NCBI GenBank assembly: GCA_965221575.1
Contig: CBDCSM010000007.1
Location: forward strand, 84,358 to 148,357
Origin: Paracoccaceae bacterium
GTDB lineage: Bacteria > Pseudomonadota > Alphaproteobacteria > Rhodobacterales > Rhodobacteraceae
Length of the DNA: 64,000 nucleotides
Direction: 5' to 3'
How positions within the stretch are numbered: the first letter of the stretch is position 1; every line of letters starts with the position of its first letter. Of this stretch, positions 28,561 through 40,295 are shown one piece after another. The position numbers were made by a program, and so were the translations under genes. A model generated the notes under the pieces. That model was not told the origin of the DNA. It made no database searches and saw only the letters and a list, made by a program, of their open reading frames with translations.

Positions 28561-29663
28561 CCGTTCAAACGGCGCGCAACATGATTCAGAAGCTGACAAT
28601 TCGTCGACCCGACGACTGGCACCTGCACCTCCGGGACGGCGAACTCATGCGCGGCGTCCTGCCTGAATCACTCCGGCACTTCTCGCGCGCGCTCGTCATG
28701 CCCAATCTCGTTCCCCCGGTTGTCACGGCGGATGACGCGAACAGGTATCGCCGCCGCCTCGAGGACGCCTTGCCTGTGGGGAGCGACTTTCGGTTCTTGA
28801 TGACCCTTTACCTGACCGAGACGACAGATCCACAGGATGTCGTTGCGGCGTATTCGGACGGGGTCGTTTCCGCGGTCAAGCTTTATCCGGCCGGTGCGAC
28901 GACCAATTCGGACTCCGGTGTTCGCGATATCGCGCGCGTGATGCCTGTTCTCGAAGCCATGGCAAGCGCCGGCTGCCCGCTCTGCGTGCACGGGGAAGTC
29001 ACGGACCACGATGTCGATATCTTCGACCGGGAAGCCGTGTTCATCGAATCCGTTCTCGAACCCTTGAGGCGCGCGCTCCCCGAACTGAGGGTCATCCTCG
29101 AGCATGTCACAACCAGGGACGGAGTCGACTACGTGGTATCCGGCGGCGACCGGATTGCCGCAACCATCACCGCCCACCACCTGTTGATCAATCGAAACCA
29201 CATCCTGGCCGGGGGCATCCGTCCCCACTACTATTGCCTCCCGGTGGCCAAGCGAGAGGCCCACAGGGTTTCGCTGATCGAGGCCGCGACTGGAGGAAAC
29301 CCGAGGTTCTTCCTCGGGACCGACAGTGCTCCACACAGTACTGTCGACAAGGAATCCGACTGTGGCTGCGCCGGGATTTTCACGGCCCTCAACGCGCTTC
29401 CCTGCCTTGCCCAGGTTTTCGATGACCACTACGCGCTTGACCGACTCGAATCTTTCGTGTCGCTGAACGGCGCCGGGTATTACGGCTTACCCGTTAATCG
29501 CCCGATTATCACCCTGACCAAGCTGCAGAATCCCGTGGAGTTTCCGTCGGCTATCGAAACGCCGGTTGGTTCCGTAACGGTTTTCGACCCCGGGACCCCA
29601 GTCTTTTGGGAGTGTGAGACCGATCCGTTGGAATCCGAATGCTCTCCACTAAATCGGGCGTGA
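28557..29663 (+). CDS. pyrC: Dihydroorotase (homodimeric PyrC type)
   Basis: [27 protein letters not shown] and FLGTDSAPH motifs. Its ATG overlaps the ccmG stop (ATGA). Confidence 0.9.
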   Translation: MTVQTARNMIQKLTIRRPDDWHLHLRDGELMRGVLPESLRHFSRALVMPNLVPPVVTADDANRYRRRLEDALPVGSDFRFLMTLYLTETTDPQDVVAAYSDGVVSAVKLYPAGATTNSDSGVRDIARVMPVLEAMASAGCPLCVHGEVTDHDVDIFDREAVFIESVLEPLRRALPELRVILEHVTTRDGVDYVVSGGDRIAATITAHHLLINRNHILAGGIRPHYYCLPVAKREAHRVSLIEAATGGNPRFFLGTDSAPHSTVDKESDCGCAGIFTALNALPCLAQVFDDHYALDRLESFVSLNGAGYYGLPVNRPIITLTKLQNPVEFPSAIETPVGSVTVFDPGTPVFWECETDPLESECSPLNRA

Positions 29664-29704
29664 ACTTGGCTTGAGCATCCATGTTTGGAGTCAACTGTTT
29701 TTTT

Positions 29705-29745
29705 GAAGCCGAAAGGCAGATTTTCATGCCTCTTTCGGAGCTTTT
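29705..29745 (+). terminator. Candidate intrinsic terminator after pyrC
   Basis: GAAGCCGAAAGGCA-loop-TGCCTCTTTCGGAGC hairpin with one bulge, followed by TTTT. Confidence 0.4.
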
Positions 29746-29878
29746 CCCCGGGTTTTCCACACAGCGAATCAGCCCCGTTGGCGACAGCCCGAGGCTTCAT
29801 CCCCTGCCAGGCCCGGCGACCGCGCCGGCGGCGCAGCACGGCCTGGCCCGTGTGGTTGCCGACCTCCTTTCGATCGCC

Positions 29879-31168
<1,290 letters not shown>

Positions 31169-31267
31169 CTATGAGATCCGACGAATTGGCGTACGACCTG
31201 AAGCCGCAGGCTCAAGGCACTAATTGCACAGAGCACTGTCGCAAATCTTGCCAGCACTGATCGACGC

Positions 31268-31702
31268 TCAAGCAGCTTCTTCCACGGTGACCACCAAGCG
31301 CTTCTTGAAGCGGGCCAGGGCTTCCTCAAGCCTACCGATCTTGGTGGCGTGGCGGGGATCGAGCATGCGGCGAACGTCGCTTTCCTGAATGCCCATGGCC
31401 GCCGCAAAGCCACTGTTGGACAGCCGCTCTTCGCGCAGGGCTTCATAGAGCGCCGTCTTGGCGGCCAGGACCGCGCAGGGAACCGCTGCGGGTCGGCCCC
31501 TGGCCGGGCTCGGTGTCGGGATATCCTCCCGCCGTGCGATGCGACCCGCGAGTGCTTCCTCCAGGCAGACCGCGGCTTCCGCGACCGCCTCGACGAGCGT
31601 ATCGCCGTCCGTGAAAGCTTCGTCGAAGTCAGGGAAGGTGACCGAGAAGCCGCCTTCGCGTTCCTTGTGAAGGTCGATGGGATAGCTGTATCGCGTTGCC
31701 AT
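31268..31702 (-). CDS. hicB: HicB-family antitoxin with C-terminal HTH
   Basis: YPIDLHKEREGGFSVTFPDFDEAFTDGDTLVEAVAEA (HicB RNase-H-like fold pattern) plus an XRE-like HTH (LSNSGFAAAMGIQESDVRRML). Confidence 0.75.
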   Translation of the reverse strand: MATRYSYPIDLHKEREGGFSVTFPDFDEAFTDGDTLVEAVAEAAVCLEEALAGRIARREDIPTPSPARGRPAAVPCAVLAAKTALYEALREERLSNSGFAAAMGIQESDVRRMLDPRHATKIGRLEEALARFKKRLVVTVEEAA

Positions 31703-31714
31703 ATTAGGAACTCT

Positions 31715-31926
31715 CTAAAGGTCGTTCGGGTCGATGCCGAGGTGTTTGCACATGCCGCGCAGCGTACCGGTCTTGAGCGGCTTCCTGTGGTCTTTCACCA
31801 AGGTATGGCGGTCGCCACAATACAGGGTGCCGTGGCTGCCCGGCCCCTCGTCTGGTCGAACCTGACCGCGATTCCGTTCCTGCGCGCCAGCTTTCTCACC
31901 CTCCCTATGAATTCACGCCCGTTCAC
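31715..31926 (-). pseudogene. hicA: HicA-family toxin with a 1-nt frameshift
   Basis: The GTG at 31926 gives (M)NGREFIGRVRKLARRNGIAVRFDQTRGR. The expected continuation GSHGTLYCGDRHTLVKDHRKPLKTGTLRGMCKHLGIDPNDL* is in another frame. The total is 212 nt, one short of a multiple of 3. The shift is at the GGCCGGGCAGCC run (about 31839-31843). The stop lies 12 nt before the hicB ATG. Confidence 0.65.
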
Positions 31927-32849
31927 GGACGGTAGTGTCGCAAAAAAATGAGCGAATGGACAAGGATCGTCTCGAATAATTTTTTTAATCCGGTGATGGC
32001 CGCAGGGCCCAACCGTAGGCGAGACCTTCCGTGCGACTTCGCGGGCGATCTGCAGGAACTTGGAAGCCATGTCCGGTTCTGCCTGCACCACCGCCACGAT
32101 GGACGCGCCGCCATTTCGGCCATGGTCCTCGACATAAGCCGGCGACCCGGTCGCCCGGGAACAGTGCTAGGACGGCGTCTGCCGGCGCGTCGTGTATCAC
32201 CATGATCCGGGATTTCACCGCGGCCTTGCGGTCGACGATCTCGTTGATCTCCGCAATCGAACACTCCTCGGCCTCCCACCAGTTCAGCCCCCGGGGTGCG
32301 CAGGTACCGGTCGACCGAGAATGCGCAGCCCTCGAACATGATGCCCCAGTTCGGATCGTAATGCACAAGCAACACCCCCTCTGAAGTTCGGCCGCGGCTG
32401 CCGGGGTTCGGTCCGGAGTTGGACAGGCCTGCGCGCAATCCTGCCCGGTGCCGCTAATTCAGGTTGTTCCTGCCATGCACACATCGCATGTCGCGGGGCT
32501 GCCTGCGATCCCGATTCAAGTCAGGCTGACAAACGATTTTTTCTCTCACCGATAGTGCCTAAGTCACTATCGCAGGACTCAAATAATGTGATCGGAAACT
32601 TCGCCGTGCATTCACCGTTTGGATGACTGCCTGACGACCCAAATCGCCCATTTGTAGTTTGAAATTGGCATTCATACCATATATTGTCGATTTCAGGTGT
32701 TGATTGACTGTCCTCAAGCTGTGCTGGAGGGATTTCGAAGGGTTTCCCGATTCGCACACAGGGTATCCACAGGAAATCCAGATTGAACCGATTTACAGGG
32801 TGACTAAAGTCCTTCCGGTCGGATTCGATTCCAGTTGAAAGGGACGTAG

Positions 32850-34427
32850 ATGGTGGATGTCAGAGCGTTCCAGAGATCGTCGGAGCAAGACACCTCCTCG
32901 ACCGAACTTCCGTATAATATTGAACTGGAACAGAACCTCCTCGGCGCATTACTCATCAACAATGAAGTCTTCTCGAAGATCGAGGGAGTCGTCGCCGCGG
33001 AGCATTTTTTCGATCCTGTCCACGCGAAGATATTCGGATTGATTTCGGACCGGATCCGCGCAAACACCATCGCCTCACCGATCACACTCAAGGTCTTCCT
33101 GGAAAACGACCCGGGACTGGCTGGAATAGGTGGCCCCGCCTACCTCGCGAGGCTCGCCGGATCGGCAACTTCGATCTTTGCATCCAGGGACTACGCCAAA
33201 ATCATCCATGACCTGGCAGTACGCCGAAGCCTGATTTCTCTTGGCGAAGAAATCTCCATGAAGGCAGCAAGGGTCGATGCGGACACCGAGCCTGAAGAGC
33301 AGATCGTCGAAGCCGAGCAGCAGCTCTACCAACTCGGGGAACACGGCCGGATCGACCGCGGTTTTCGCAGCCTGAGAAAGGCACTCACGGAGTCCGTTGA
33401 CATCGCCACCGCGGCCTACCAGCGGGGCAGCGGGCTGGCCGGACTGGCAACCGGCCTTCATGACCTGGACCAAAGGCTCGGCGGGCTTCACAAGTCTGAT
33501 CTGGTTATCCTCGCGGGAAGGCCGTCGATGGGCAAGACCGCACTTGCCACCAACATGGCCTTCCATATTGCCACCCATCGCGACCGCGACGGAACGAACG
33601 GTTCAGGCAATGACAAGGTCCAAGGGGGGGTCGTCGGGTTTTTCTCCCTCGAGATGTCGCGTGAGCAGCTTGCCACGAGGATACTCGCCGACCTGGCCCG
33701 AACACCTTCCCACCTGATTCGGCAAGGCAGGGTCGAAAGGGACGACTTCCGAAAATTTGTCGAAGCGGCAAACAAGTTTGAAGCCGCTCCGCTGTTCATC
33801 GATGACACACCGGCTTTGCCGATTAACCAGGTCGCCAGTCGGTCAAGAAGACTCAAGCGGACGCACGGGCTTGATCTGATCGTTGTCGACTACCTTCAGC
33901 TTGTTCGCCCGACCAATCTCAGGGACAGCCGCGTCAACGAGATCACCGAAATCACCCAGGGGCTGAAGGCGCTGGCGAAAGAACTTGATGTCCCGGTCCT
34001 CGCCTTGTCCCAGCTTTCCAGGCAAGTCGAAAACCGTGACGACAAACGACCGATGCTGTCGGACCTTCGCGAGTCGGGCTCGATCGAGCAGGACGCCGAT
34101 GTCGTGATGTTCGTGTTTCGCGAGGAATATTACGAAGAACGGAAAAAGCCATCGGAAGACGACGGTGAGAAACTGAAGGAATGGCTCGAAAAGATGGAAA
34201 AAATCCATGGTGTTGCCGAAGTCATAATCGGCAAGCAACGTCATGGTCCGATCGGAACCGTCGAACTCAGTTTCGAGAGCCAGTTCACCAGGTTCGGCAA
34301 TCTCGCAAGGGACCGCGACAAACCGGCGTATGGCGCACCTGGCGGATCATCAACTTACGGTTATCGATCAACAAGTTCGTCGGCCGGAAACCTTCCTTTT
34401 CCCGATGACGACGAGTTGCCCATCTGA
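32850..34427 (+). CDS. dnaB: Replicative DNA helicase DnaB
   Basis: 525 aa. N-terminal LPYNIELEQNLLGALL, Walker A GRPSMGKTA, and the DLIVVDYLQL and LSQLSR motifs. Confidence 0.9.
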   Translation: MVDVRAFQRSSEQDTSSTELPYNIELEQNLLGALLINNEVFSKIEGVVAAEHFFDPVHAKIFGLISDRIRANTIASPITLKVFLENDPGLAGIGGPAYLARLAGSATSIFASRDYAKIIHDLAVRRSLISLGEEISMKAARVDADTEPEEQIVEAEQQLYQLGEHGRIDRGFRSLRKALTESVDIATAAYQRGSGLAGLATGLHDLDQRLGGLHKSDLVILAGRPSMGKTALATNMAFHIATHRDRDGTNGSGNDKVQGGVVGFFSLEMSREQLATRILADLARTPSHLIRQGRVERDDFRKFVEAANKFEAAPLFIDDTPALPINQVASRSRRLKRTHGLDLIVVDYLQLVRPTNLRDSRVNEITEITQGLKALAKELDVPVLALSQLSRQVENRDDKRPMLSDLRESGSIEQDADVVMFVFREEYYEERKKPSEDDGEKLKEWLEKMEKIHGVAEVIIGKQRHGPIGTVELSFESQFTRFGNLARDRDKPAYGAPGGSSTYGYRSTSSSAGNLPFPDDDELPI

Positions 34428-34492
34428 GGTCGACGCTTCCCCCTTGTCGATCGGCACTCACAACCGGGAAGGGCAGCCGAAAGTAGACGCTA

Positions 34493-35698
34493 GTGTTGTG
34501 TTCGATTTTGGGGATTCCGTTTTTCCCTGGAGTGTGATTCAACCGCTCCCGGCGAAAGCCGCACAGTTTTCGAACGGGAGCAGAGCTGCAATGGCAAAGA
34601 GCAGGAGAACCAAGATCGTCCTCAGCGAACAAGACCGGGAACGTCTCGAGAGGATCAAGACCGATCCGCATTCGATCCTCAAGCATGTGCAGAGGGCGAC
34701 CATCATCCTTCACCTCGGCGACGGCCTCACCCTGTCGCAGACGATGAGGGCCACCGGCATGTCCAAGCCGACGGTCTGGCGCTGGTGGGACCGCTTCCTC
34801 GTGGAGGGTGTTGACGGCCTGCTTTACGACATCCCCAGGAGACGGGGCCGCAAGCCGATATCCGAGGACAAGGTCAGCGAACTGATCGCGCTTGCGATGT
34901 CGCCGCCGCCGGAGCACGCCAGTCACTGGACGCTGCGGGCGCTGGCGAAAAAGATGGGGATCGCCGTCTCGACGGTGTTCGGCATCCTGAAGAGCCATGG
35001 CCTCAAGCCCCACAGGGTCAAGACATTCAAGGTCTCCCGCGATCCGAGGTTCGAGCTGAAGGTCCGCGATGTCGTCGGCCTCTACGTCAACCCGCCCGAC
35101 CACGCTGTCGTCATCTCGGTGGACGAGAAGACACAGATCCAGGCATTGGGACGGACGCAGAATCCTCTGCCGATGAAGCCCGGCCATCCCGAGACCCGCA
35201 CTCACGATTACAAACGCAATGGTACTACCTGCCTGATGGCGGCCCTCGATGTCGCCACCGGAAAGGTCACCGGCCAGATGGTCAAGCGTCACCGCTCGGA
35301 GGAATTCCTCGCCTTCCTCGATCTCGTCTCCGAGGGGATCGAGCCCGGAACCCAGGTTCATGTTGTCCTCGACAACGTCTCCTCTCACAAATCGTTCGAG
35401 GTCAACGAATGGCTGAAGGACAACGCCAATTGGACGTTTCACTTCACTCCGACCTCGGCCTCGTGGATGAATGCTGTCGAGGGGTTCTTCTCCAAGCTCT
35501 CGAGGCAGAGGCTCAAGCACGCGATCTTCAACTCGCTCGACGAGTGCATCGCGGCGATCGAGGGTTACATCGAGCATCACAATGCCAATGACGCCCGCCC
35601 GTTTCGCTGGAGCAAGAAGCCCGAAGATCTCGTGGAGGCATGGAAGAAGGGTCACCAGAAGTTGCAGGAATCGGCATCGTGAAAAAGAATCAAACCAC
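34493..35698 (+). mobile_element. IS630-family insertion sequence flanked by TA
   Basis: 1206 bp. The ends read TA|GTGTTGTGTTCGATTTT...AAAGAATCAAACCAC|TA, with imperfect terminal inverted repeats. The TA on both sides fits IS630/Tc1 TA target duplication. Confidence 0.65.
34591..35682 (+). CDS. IS630-family DDE transposase
   Basis: 363 aa from MAKSRRTKIVL.... Two N-terminal HTH units, then the DDE region (VISVDEKTQIQAL, HVVLDNVSSHKS, WMNAVEGFF). Confidence 0.85.
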   Translation: MAKSRRTKIVLSEQDRERLERIKTDPHSILKHVQRATIILHLGDGLTLSQTMRATGMSKPTVWRWWDRFLVEGVDGLLYDIPRRRGRKPISEDKVSELIALAMSPPPEHASHWTLRALAKKMGIAVSTVFGILKSHGLKPHRVKTFKVSRDPRFELKVRDVVGLYVNPPDHAVVISVDEKTQIQALGRTQNPLPMKPGHPETRTHDYKRNGTTCLMAALDVATGKVTGQMVKRHRSEEFLAFLDLVSEGIEPGTQVHVVLDNVSSHKSFEVNEWLKDNANWTFHFTPTSASWMNAVEGFFSKLSRQRLKHAIFNSLDECIAAIEGYIEHHNANDARPFRWSKKPEDLVEAWKKGHQKLQESAS

Positions 35699-35844
35699 TA
35701 GCGCCAATACCTGTCGATTGGTTGGCTGGATGGTATGATGTCGCAGACTTGTTGCCAGTGTTTCCGGACCCTGAAACCCGAACCCGGACAACTCTCAATC
35801 CAATTTGAATCGACAGGGTACAAGCGATATGTGCCTGAGGGCCG

Positions 35845-36915
35845 TTGCCGGAAAAAGGAACGACTTTGGCCAGTCCCGATCTGACCATCGACCTCGACGC
35901 GATCGTCGCCAACTGGAAGGCCCTGGACCGGATGTCGGCCGCGTCAGTCGAGACCGCGGCTGTCGTCAAGGCCGATGGATACGGACTCGGCGCCGATCGT
36001 GTCGTCACGAGCCTGCGCCGCGCGGGTGTGCGAACCTTCTTCGTCGCGATTGCAGAAGAAGGGCCGGCGGTCCGCCGTGCAGCCGGTCCGGATGCGGAAA
36101 TATTCGTCTTCGGCGGCCACATGGACGGGGACACCCGAATTCTTGCCGACCACGGTCTCATTCCGCTCCTGAATTCGAGACAGCAGGTACGACGTCACCT
36201 TGCGTCGCTGCCAGAACATCCGTTCGGCCTCCAGATCGACACGGGGATGAGCCGGTTGGGCATGTCCGACGGGGAATTCGCCTTCGTACGCCGAGCGATC
36301 GATCCGGGAGAGACCAGGTTGGTCGTCAGTCACCTTGCATGCTCGGACGACCAAACCGACGAACGGAACCAGGCTCAACTCGCGGCCTTTCGAGAACTGA
36401 CGGCGGACTTCCCTGCCCCGCGTTCTCTATCCGCGACCGGAGGAATACTGCTCGGTTCGGAGTTTCACTTCGACCTGTGCCGGCCAGGGATCGGATTATA
36501 CGGAGGCGCGCCGTTTCGGTCCGGCGCACCGGCCGTTTCACTGGAAGTCCCCGTGATCCAGGCCCGCGAATTGTCCATCGGAGATTTCGTTGGCTACGGA
36601 GCGGACTGGACTGCGAAAAGGGCGAGCAGGATCGCGACAATTGCCGCTGGATATGCCGACGGGTTGCACCGGGTCATGGTTGGCGGCGGCGCATTTTCCT
36701 GTTGGGTCGGTGACACCCCTTGCCGGGTCGTGGGAAGGATATCGATGGATCTGATCACGATCGACATCACGGACATCGAGGGCACGCCCGAACGGGTCCA
36801 GGTTCTGAACGAACACCAGACAATTGACGATCTGGCCGAAGTCGCGGGCACGATCGGATATGAAATCCTCACTACCCTTGGACGACGCTTTCGTCGCAGG
36901 TACATAGGTGGCTGA
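35845..36915 (+). CDS. alr: Alanine racemase
   Basis: AAVVKADGYGLG (PLP-Lys motif) and the C-terminal MDLITIDITD pattern. The start is uncertain (TTG at 35845 or TTG at 35866). Confidence 0.85.
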   Translation: MPEKGTTLASPDLTIDLDAIVANWKALDRMSAASVETAAVVKADGYGLGADRVVTSLRRAGVRTFFVAIAEEGPAVRRAAGPDAEIFVFGGHMDGDTRILADHGLIPLLNSRQQVRRHLASLPEHPFGLQIDTGMSRLGMSDGEFAFVRRAIDPGETRLVVSHLACSDDQTDERNQAQLAAFRELTADFPAPRSLSATGGILLGSEFHFDLCRPGIGLYGGAPFRSGAPAVSLEVPVIQARELSIGDFVGYGADWTAKRASRIATIAAGYADGLHRVMVGGGAFSCWVGDTPCRVVGRISMDLITIDITDIEGTPERVQVLNEHQTIDDLAEVAGTIGYEILTTLGRRFRRRYIGG

Positions 36916-37765
36916 TCGTTACAATGGTTCTGCCCAGGTGCCTGAAAGCCAGCGAGTCACTTTCATGATATTGCGATTGGTCCACTGGATCGGCTTGGTA
37001 TGCGCTTCGGTCGGGAGATCGACTCTTGCAATGTGCAGAGCGGTCGGAAGCGTCGCGATGTTTTCCGCAAATACGGTCAGCCACATCGTGCGTCCGCCCG
37101 TCTATGCCCGGGAATTCGGACAGCAGCTCATTTCCGTGGGCTACTTCAGCCTGCCAGTCGTCGGACTGACAACCCTGTTCACCGGGGCAGCGCTTGCCCT
37201 TCAAATCTTTGCTGGCGGTTCCCGCTTCAACGCCGAATCCGTCGTTCCCACGATCGTCGCGATCGGAATCATCAGGGAACTCGGACCGGTCATCGGCGGA
37301 CTGATGGTCGCTGGCAGGGTCTCGGCTTCAATTGCGGCCGAAATCGGCACCATGCGGGTGACTGAACAGATCGATGCTCTTGAGACGCTGTCGACCAATC
37401 CCATCAAGTACCTGGTCGTTCCGCGCGTCCTCGCCGGAGTCGTTACCATGCCGGTCCTCGTGTTCATCGGCGACGTCATCGGGATTTTCGGAGGATTCCT
37501 GGTCGGGACGCAAAGGCTTGGCTTCAACGCGGCCGCCTACATCCACAACACATGGAACTTCCTCGAAGTCGGCGACGTGGCGTCGAGCCTGATCAAGGCG
37601 GCCGTATTCGGGTTCATCATCACGATGATGGGCTGTTACCATGGATATCGGTCGGGACGCGGCGCCAAGGGCGTCGGGCGCGCCACGACAAACGCGGTGG
37701 TTGCGGCATCTGTGCTGATTTTCGCGGCCAACTATCTTTTGACGGAATTGTTCTTTTCAGCATGA
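36908..37765 (+). CDS. mlaE: MlaE-family ABC permease
   Basis: 285 aa. Motif GRVSASIAAEIGTMRVTEQIDALETLSTNPIKYLVVPR is typical of MlaE/YrbE. Confidence 0.8.
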   Translation: MADRYNGSAQVPESQRVTFMILRLVHWIGLVCASVGRSTLAMCRAVGSVAMFSANTVSHIVRPPVYAREFGQQLISVGYFSLPVVGLTTLFTGAALALQIFAGGSRFNAESVVPTIVAIGIIRELGPVIGGLMVAGRVSASIAAEIGTMRVTEQIDALETLSTNPIKYLVVPRVLAGVVTMPVLVFIGDVIGIFGGFLVGTQRLGFNAAAYIHNTWNFLEVGDVASSLIKAAVFGFIITMMGCYHGYRSGRGAKGVGRATTNAVVAASVLIFAANYLLTELFFSA

Positions 37766-38556
37766 CGATCATTTCCATCGACGGCGTTCACAAGTCCTTC
37801 GGAGACAACAGGGTTCTCCGCGGGATCGATCTGGACATCAAGGAGGGCGAGAGCCTGATCGTTGCCGGAAGATCCGGCAGCGGCAAGTCGGTTCTGCTCA
37901 AGTGCATTCTCGGTCTGGTCAGGATCGACCAGGGCTCCATCAGGGTCCACGGGGAACCGCTGACCAACCGGAAACGGACAGAGTTTCTCGAACACTTCGG
38001 GATGCTGTTCCAGGGAGGCGCGCTTTTTGACTCTCTACCCGTGTGGCAGAATGTTTCGTTCCGGCTGTTGCGTGGCAAACAGAAACGTCCTCCCGGCGAA
38101 GCCCGCGGAGTCGCGATCGACAAACTTGGACGGGTGGGACTGGATCCGGAGATCGCGGACCTGTACCCGGCCGAGCTTTCGGGCGGAATGCAAAAGCGGG
38201 TCAGCCTGGCCCGTGCGATCGCGGCGGATCCGAGCGTCATATTCTTTGATGAACCCACGACCGGTCTCGATCCGGTCATGGCAGACGTCATCAATGACCT
38301 TATCCGCGGAATCGTTGATGAACTTGGAGCGACTGCGGTCACGATCACCCATGACATGTCGTCGGTTCGGGCCATCGGTGACCAGATCGCGATGATTCAC
38401 GAGGGAACGATCGGCTGGTACGGCCCGGTTGCCGCCATGGACCGTTCCGGCAATCCTCACATGGAAAGGTTTCTCGGGCGTCACCGCGTCGACACGAAGG
38501 ATCAAGTCCCGGGGAATGGGGCCGATCGCCCGAGCACGCCCGTTCAGGACGGCTGA
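37762..38556 (+). CDS. mlaF: MlaF-family ABC ATP-binding protein
   Basis: MTIISIDGVHKSFG..., Walker A GRSGSGKSV, signature LSGGMQKRV, Walker B IFFDEPTTGLDP. Its ATG overlaps the mlaE stop. Confidence 0.8.
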   Translation: MTIISIDGVHKSFGDNRVLRGIDLDIKEGESLIVAGRSGSGKSVLLKCILGLVRIDQGSIRVHGEPLTNRKRTEFLEHFGMLFQGGALFDSLPVWQNVSFRLLRGKQKRPPGEARGVAIDKLGRVGLDPEIADLYPAELSGGMQKRVSLARAIAADPSVIFFDEPTTGLDPVMADVINDLIRGIVDELGATAVTITHDMSSVRAIGDQIAMIHEGTIGWYGPVAAMDRSGNPHMERFLGRHRVDTKDQVPGNGADRPSTPVQDG

Positions 38557-38560
38557 CGCC

Positions 38561-38884
38561 ATGACCATCCTCACCCTGCTGCTCGCGATTCTCCTCGCCG
38601 CATTCATATTCGCCGCGACCCTGTTCTCCGCTTCGCAGGTGTACTTTTCCTGGAATCGCAGGTGGATCAGCTTGTCACATGCGTTGTCGGTATTCGCGAC
38701 ATTGGTCGGGATGGCGGCGCTTCATTTCGGATCCGGGGTTCTATCGGTCGTGGCGGGCTTGCCGTTACTTGTGTCAGCAAGTGCGACGTTCTTTCTTGAG
38801 AAGCGCTGGAATCGCGTCTTCCCGCCATTCCAGGTCGGGTTTGCAGCCGTGCTGCTGATGTATCCCGCACTGGTCGTCGCGTAA
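38561..38884 (+). CDS. Small hypothetical membrane protein (3 TM)
   Basis: An internal ATG of tracked ORF 38429-38884 gives a 107-aa hydrophobic protein. I recognise no family. Confidence 0.4.
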   Translation: MTILTLLLAILLAAFIFAATLFSASQVYFSWNRRWISLSHALSVFATLVGMAALHFGSGVLSVVAGLPLLVSASATFFLEKRWNRVFPPFQVGFAAVLLMYPALVVA

Positions 38885-38893
38885 GCGTTAATA

Positions 38894-40291
38894 ATGGCGA
38901 GACCGGTCACGACATTCGTTTGCCGCTCCTGCGGAGCGACTCACAGCAAATGGAGCGGCCAGTGCGACGCCTGCGGCGAGTGGAACACGATCGAGAATTC
39001 CGTTTCACTCGACAAATCGCGCGCGGGCCGGGCGACCGGTTTTCGAGCCGTCGACCTGAAGAAATTGTCGGACGAGGACGTCGAAGCCTCGCGAACCCTG
39101 ACCGGGGTTTCCGAACTCGATCGCGTCTTCGGCGGTGGTATTGTCCAGGCGTCCGCAATTCTTCTTGGGGGCGATCCCGGAATCGGCAAATCGACCCTGC
39201 TCCTCCAGGCGGCCGCCCGCCTCGCCGAAAGTGGCACGAACACTGTTTACGTGTCCGGCGAAGAAGCCGCGGCCCAGATCCGCATGCGGGCGCGACGCCT
39301 TGGCCTTGCATCCGCGCCCGTCCGAATCGCCATCGATACGAGTCTGCGGGATGTCCTGGCAATGCTCGGCCAGGAACGGCCCGATGTCGTGATCATCGAT
39401 TCAATACAGACGATGTGGTTGGAAGGAATCGACGCATCACCCGGCTCGATAGGCCAGGTTCGTGCGTCAACGCATGAGCTCGTAAACTTTGCCAAGAGTA
39501 CCGGAACGACGGTCGTTCTCGTCGGCCATGTAACCAAGGACGGCCAGATCGCCGGGCCGCGCGCCATCGAACACATGGTTGACACGGTCCTTTATTTCGA
39601 GGGCGACAGGGGTCATCATTTCCGCATCCTGCGCGCGGTCAAGAATCGCTTTGGCCCGGCCGACGAAATCGGTGTGTTCGAGATGACCGGGAAGGGTCTG
39701 GAGGAGGTCGCCAATCCATCGGCCCTGTTCCTGTCCAATCGCGAGTCCGTCACCCCGGGTTCCGCCGTCTTTGCCGGGATCGAGGGATCGAGGCCCCTGC
39801 TCGTTGAAATACAGGCCCTGGTCGCGAATTCTCCGCTCGGCTCTCCACGCAGGACAGTCGTTGGCTGGGACGCCGGTCGGCTTGCCATGATCCTCGCCGT
39901 GCTCGACGCCCGTGCCGGCATGTCGTTTGCCGGAAAGGACGTATATCTGAACGTGGCCGGGGGCCTGCGGATCACGGACCCGGCAGCGGACCTTGCCGTC
40001 GCCGGTGCGCTAGTCTCAGCCAACGAGGGAATAGCGATCGCCGGTTCGACGGCCCTGTTCGGAGAAGTGAGCCTCTCCGGCGCTCTCAGGCCGGTTGCCC
40101 AGGTTGACCCAAGGCTGCGCGAAGCACGGAAACTCGGATTCGACACGGTCTACTCACCCTTACAGAAGAAGATCCGGGCGGATTCCGGCCTTGTCATTCG
40201 GGAAGTGCTTGAACTTGGGGAATTTGTGAACGAAATAATGGCGGCCCGGCCATCAAAGAGCCGCCCGCCTGACGCACAATCTGGAGACTGA
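38894..40291 (+). CDS. radA: DNA repair protein RadA
   Basis: Zn finger CRSCGATHSKWSGQCDACGEW, Walker A GDPGIGKST, KNRFG motif, and a Lon-like C-terminal domain. Confidence 0.9.
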   Translation: MARPVTTFVCRSCGATHSKWSGQCDACGEWNTIENSVSLDKSRAGRATGFRAVDLKKLSDEDVEASRTLTGVSELDRVFGGGIVQASAILLGGDPGIGKSTLLLQAAARLAESGTNTVYVSGEEAAAQIRMRARRLGLASAPVRIAIDTSLRDVLAMLGQERPDVVIIDSIQTMWLEGIDASPGSIGQVRASTHELVNFAKSTGTTVVLVGHVTKDGQIAGPRAIEHMVDTVLYFEGDRGHHFRILRAVKNRFGPADEIGVFEMTGKGLEEVANPSALFLSNRESVTPGSAVFAGIEGSRPLLVEIQALVANSPLGSPRRTVVGWDAGRLAMILAVLDARAGMSFAGKDVYLNVAGGLRITDPAADLAVAGALVSANEGIAIAGSTALFGEVSLSGALRPVAQVDPRLREARKLGFDTVYSPLQKKIRADSGLVIREVLELGEFVNEIMAARPSKSRPPDAQSGD

Positions 40292-40295
40292 CCGG

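Noticed and set aside
32764-32771. DnaA-box-like TATCCACA upstream of dnaB.
   Set aside because: It is a single 8-of-9 match with no cluster of boxes, which is compatible with chance.
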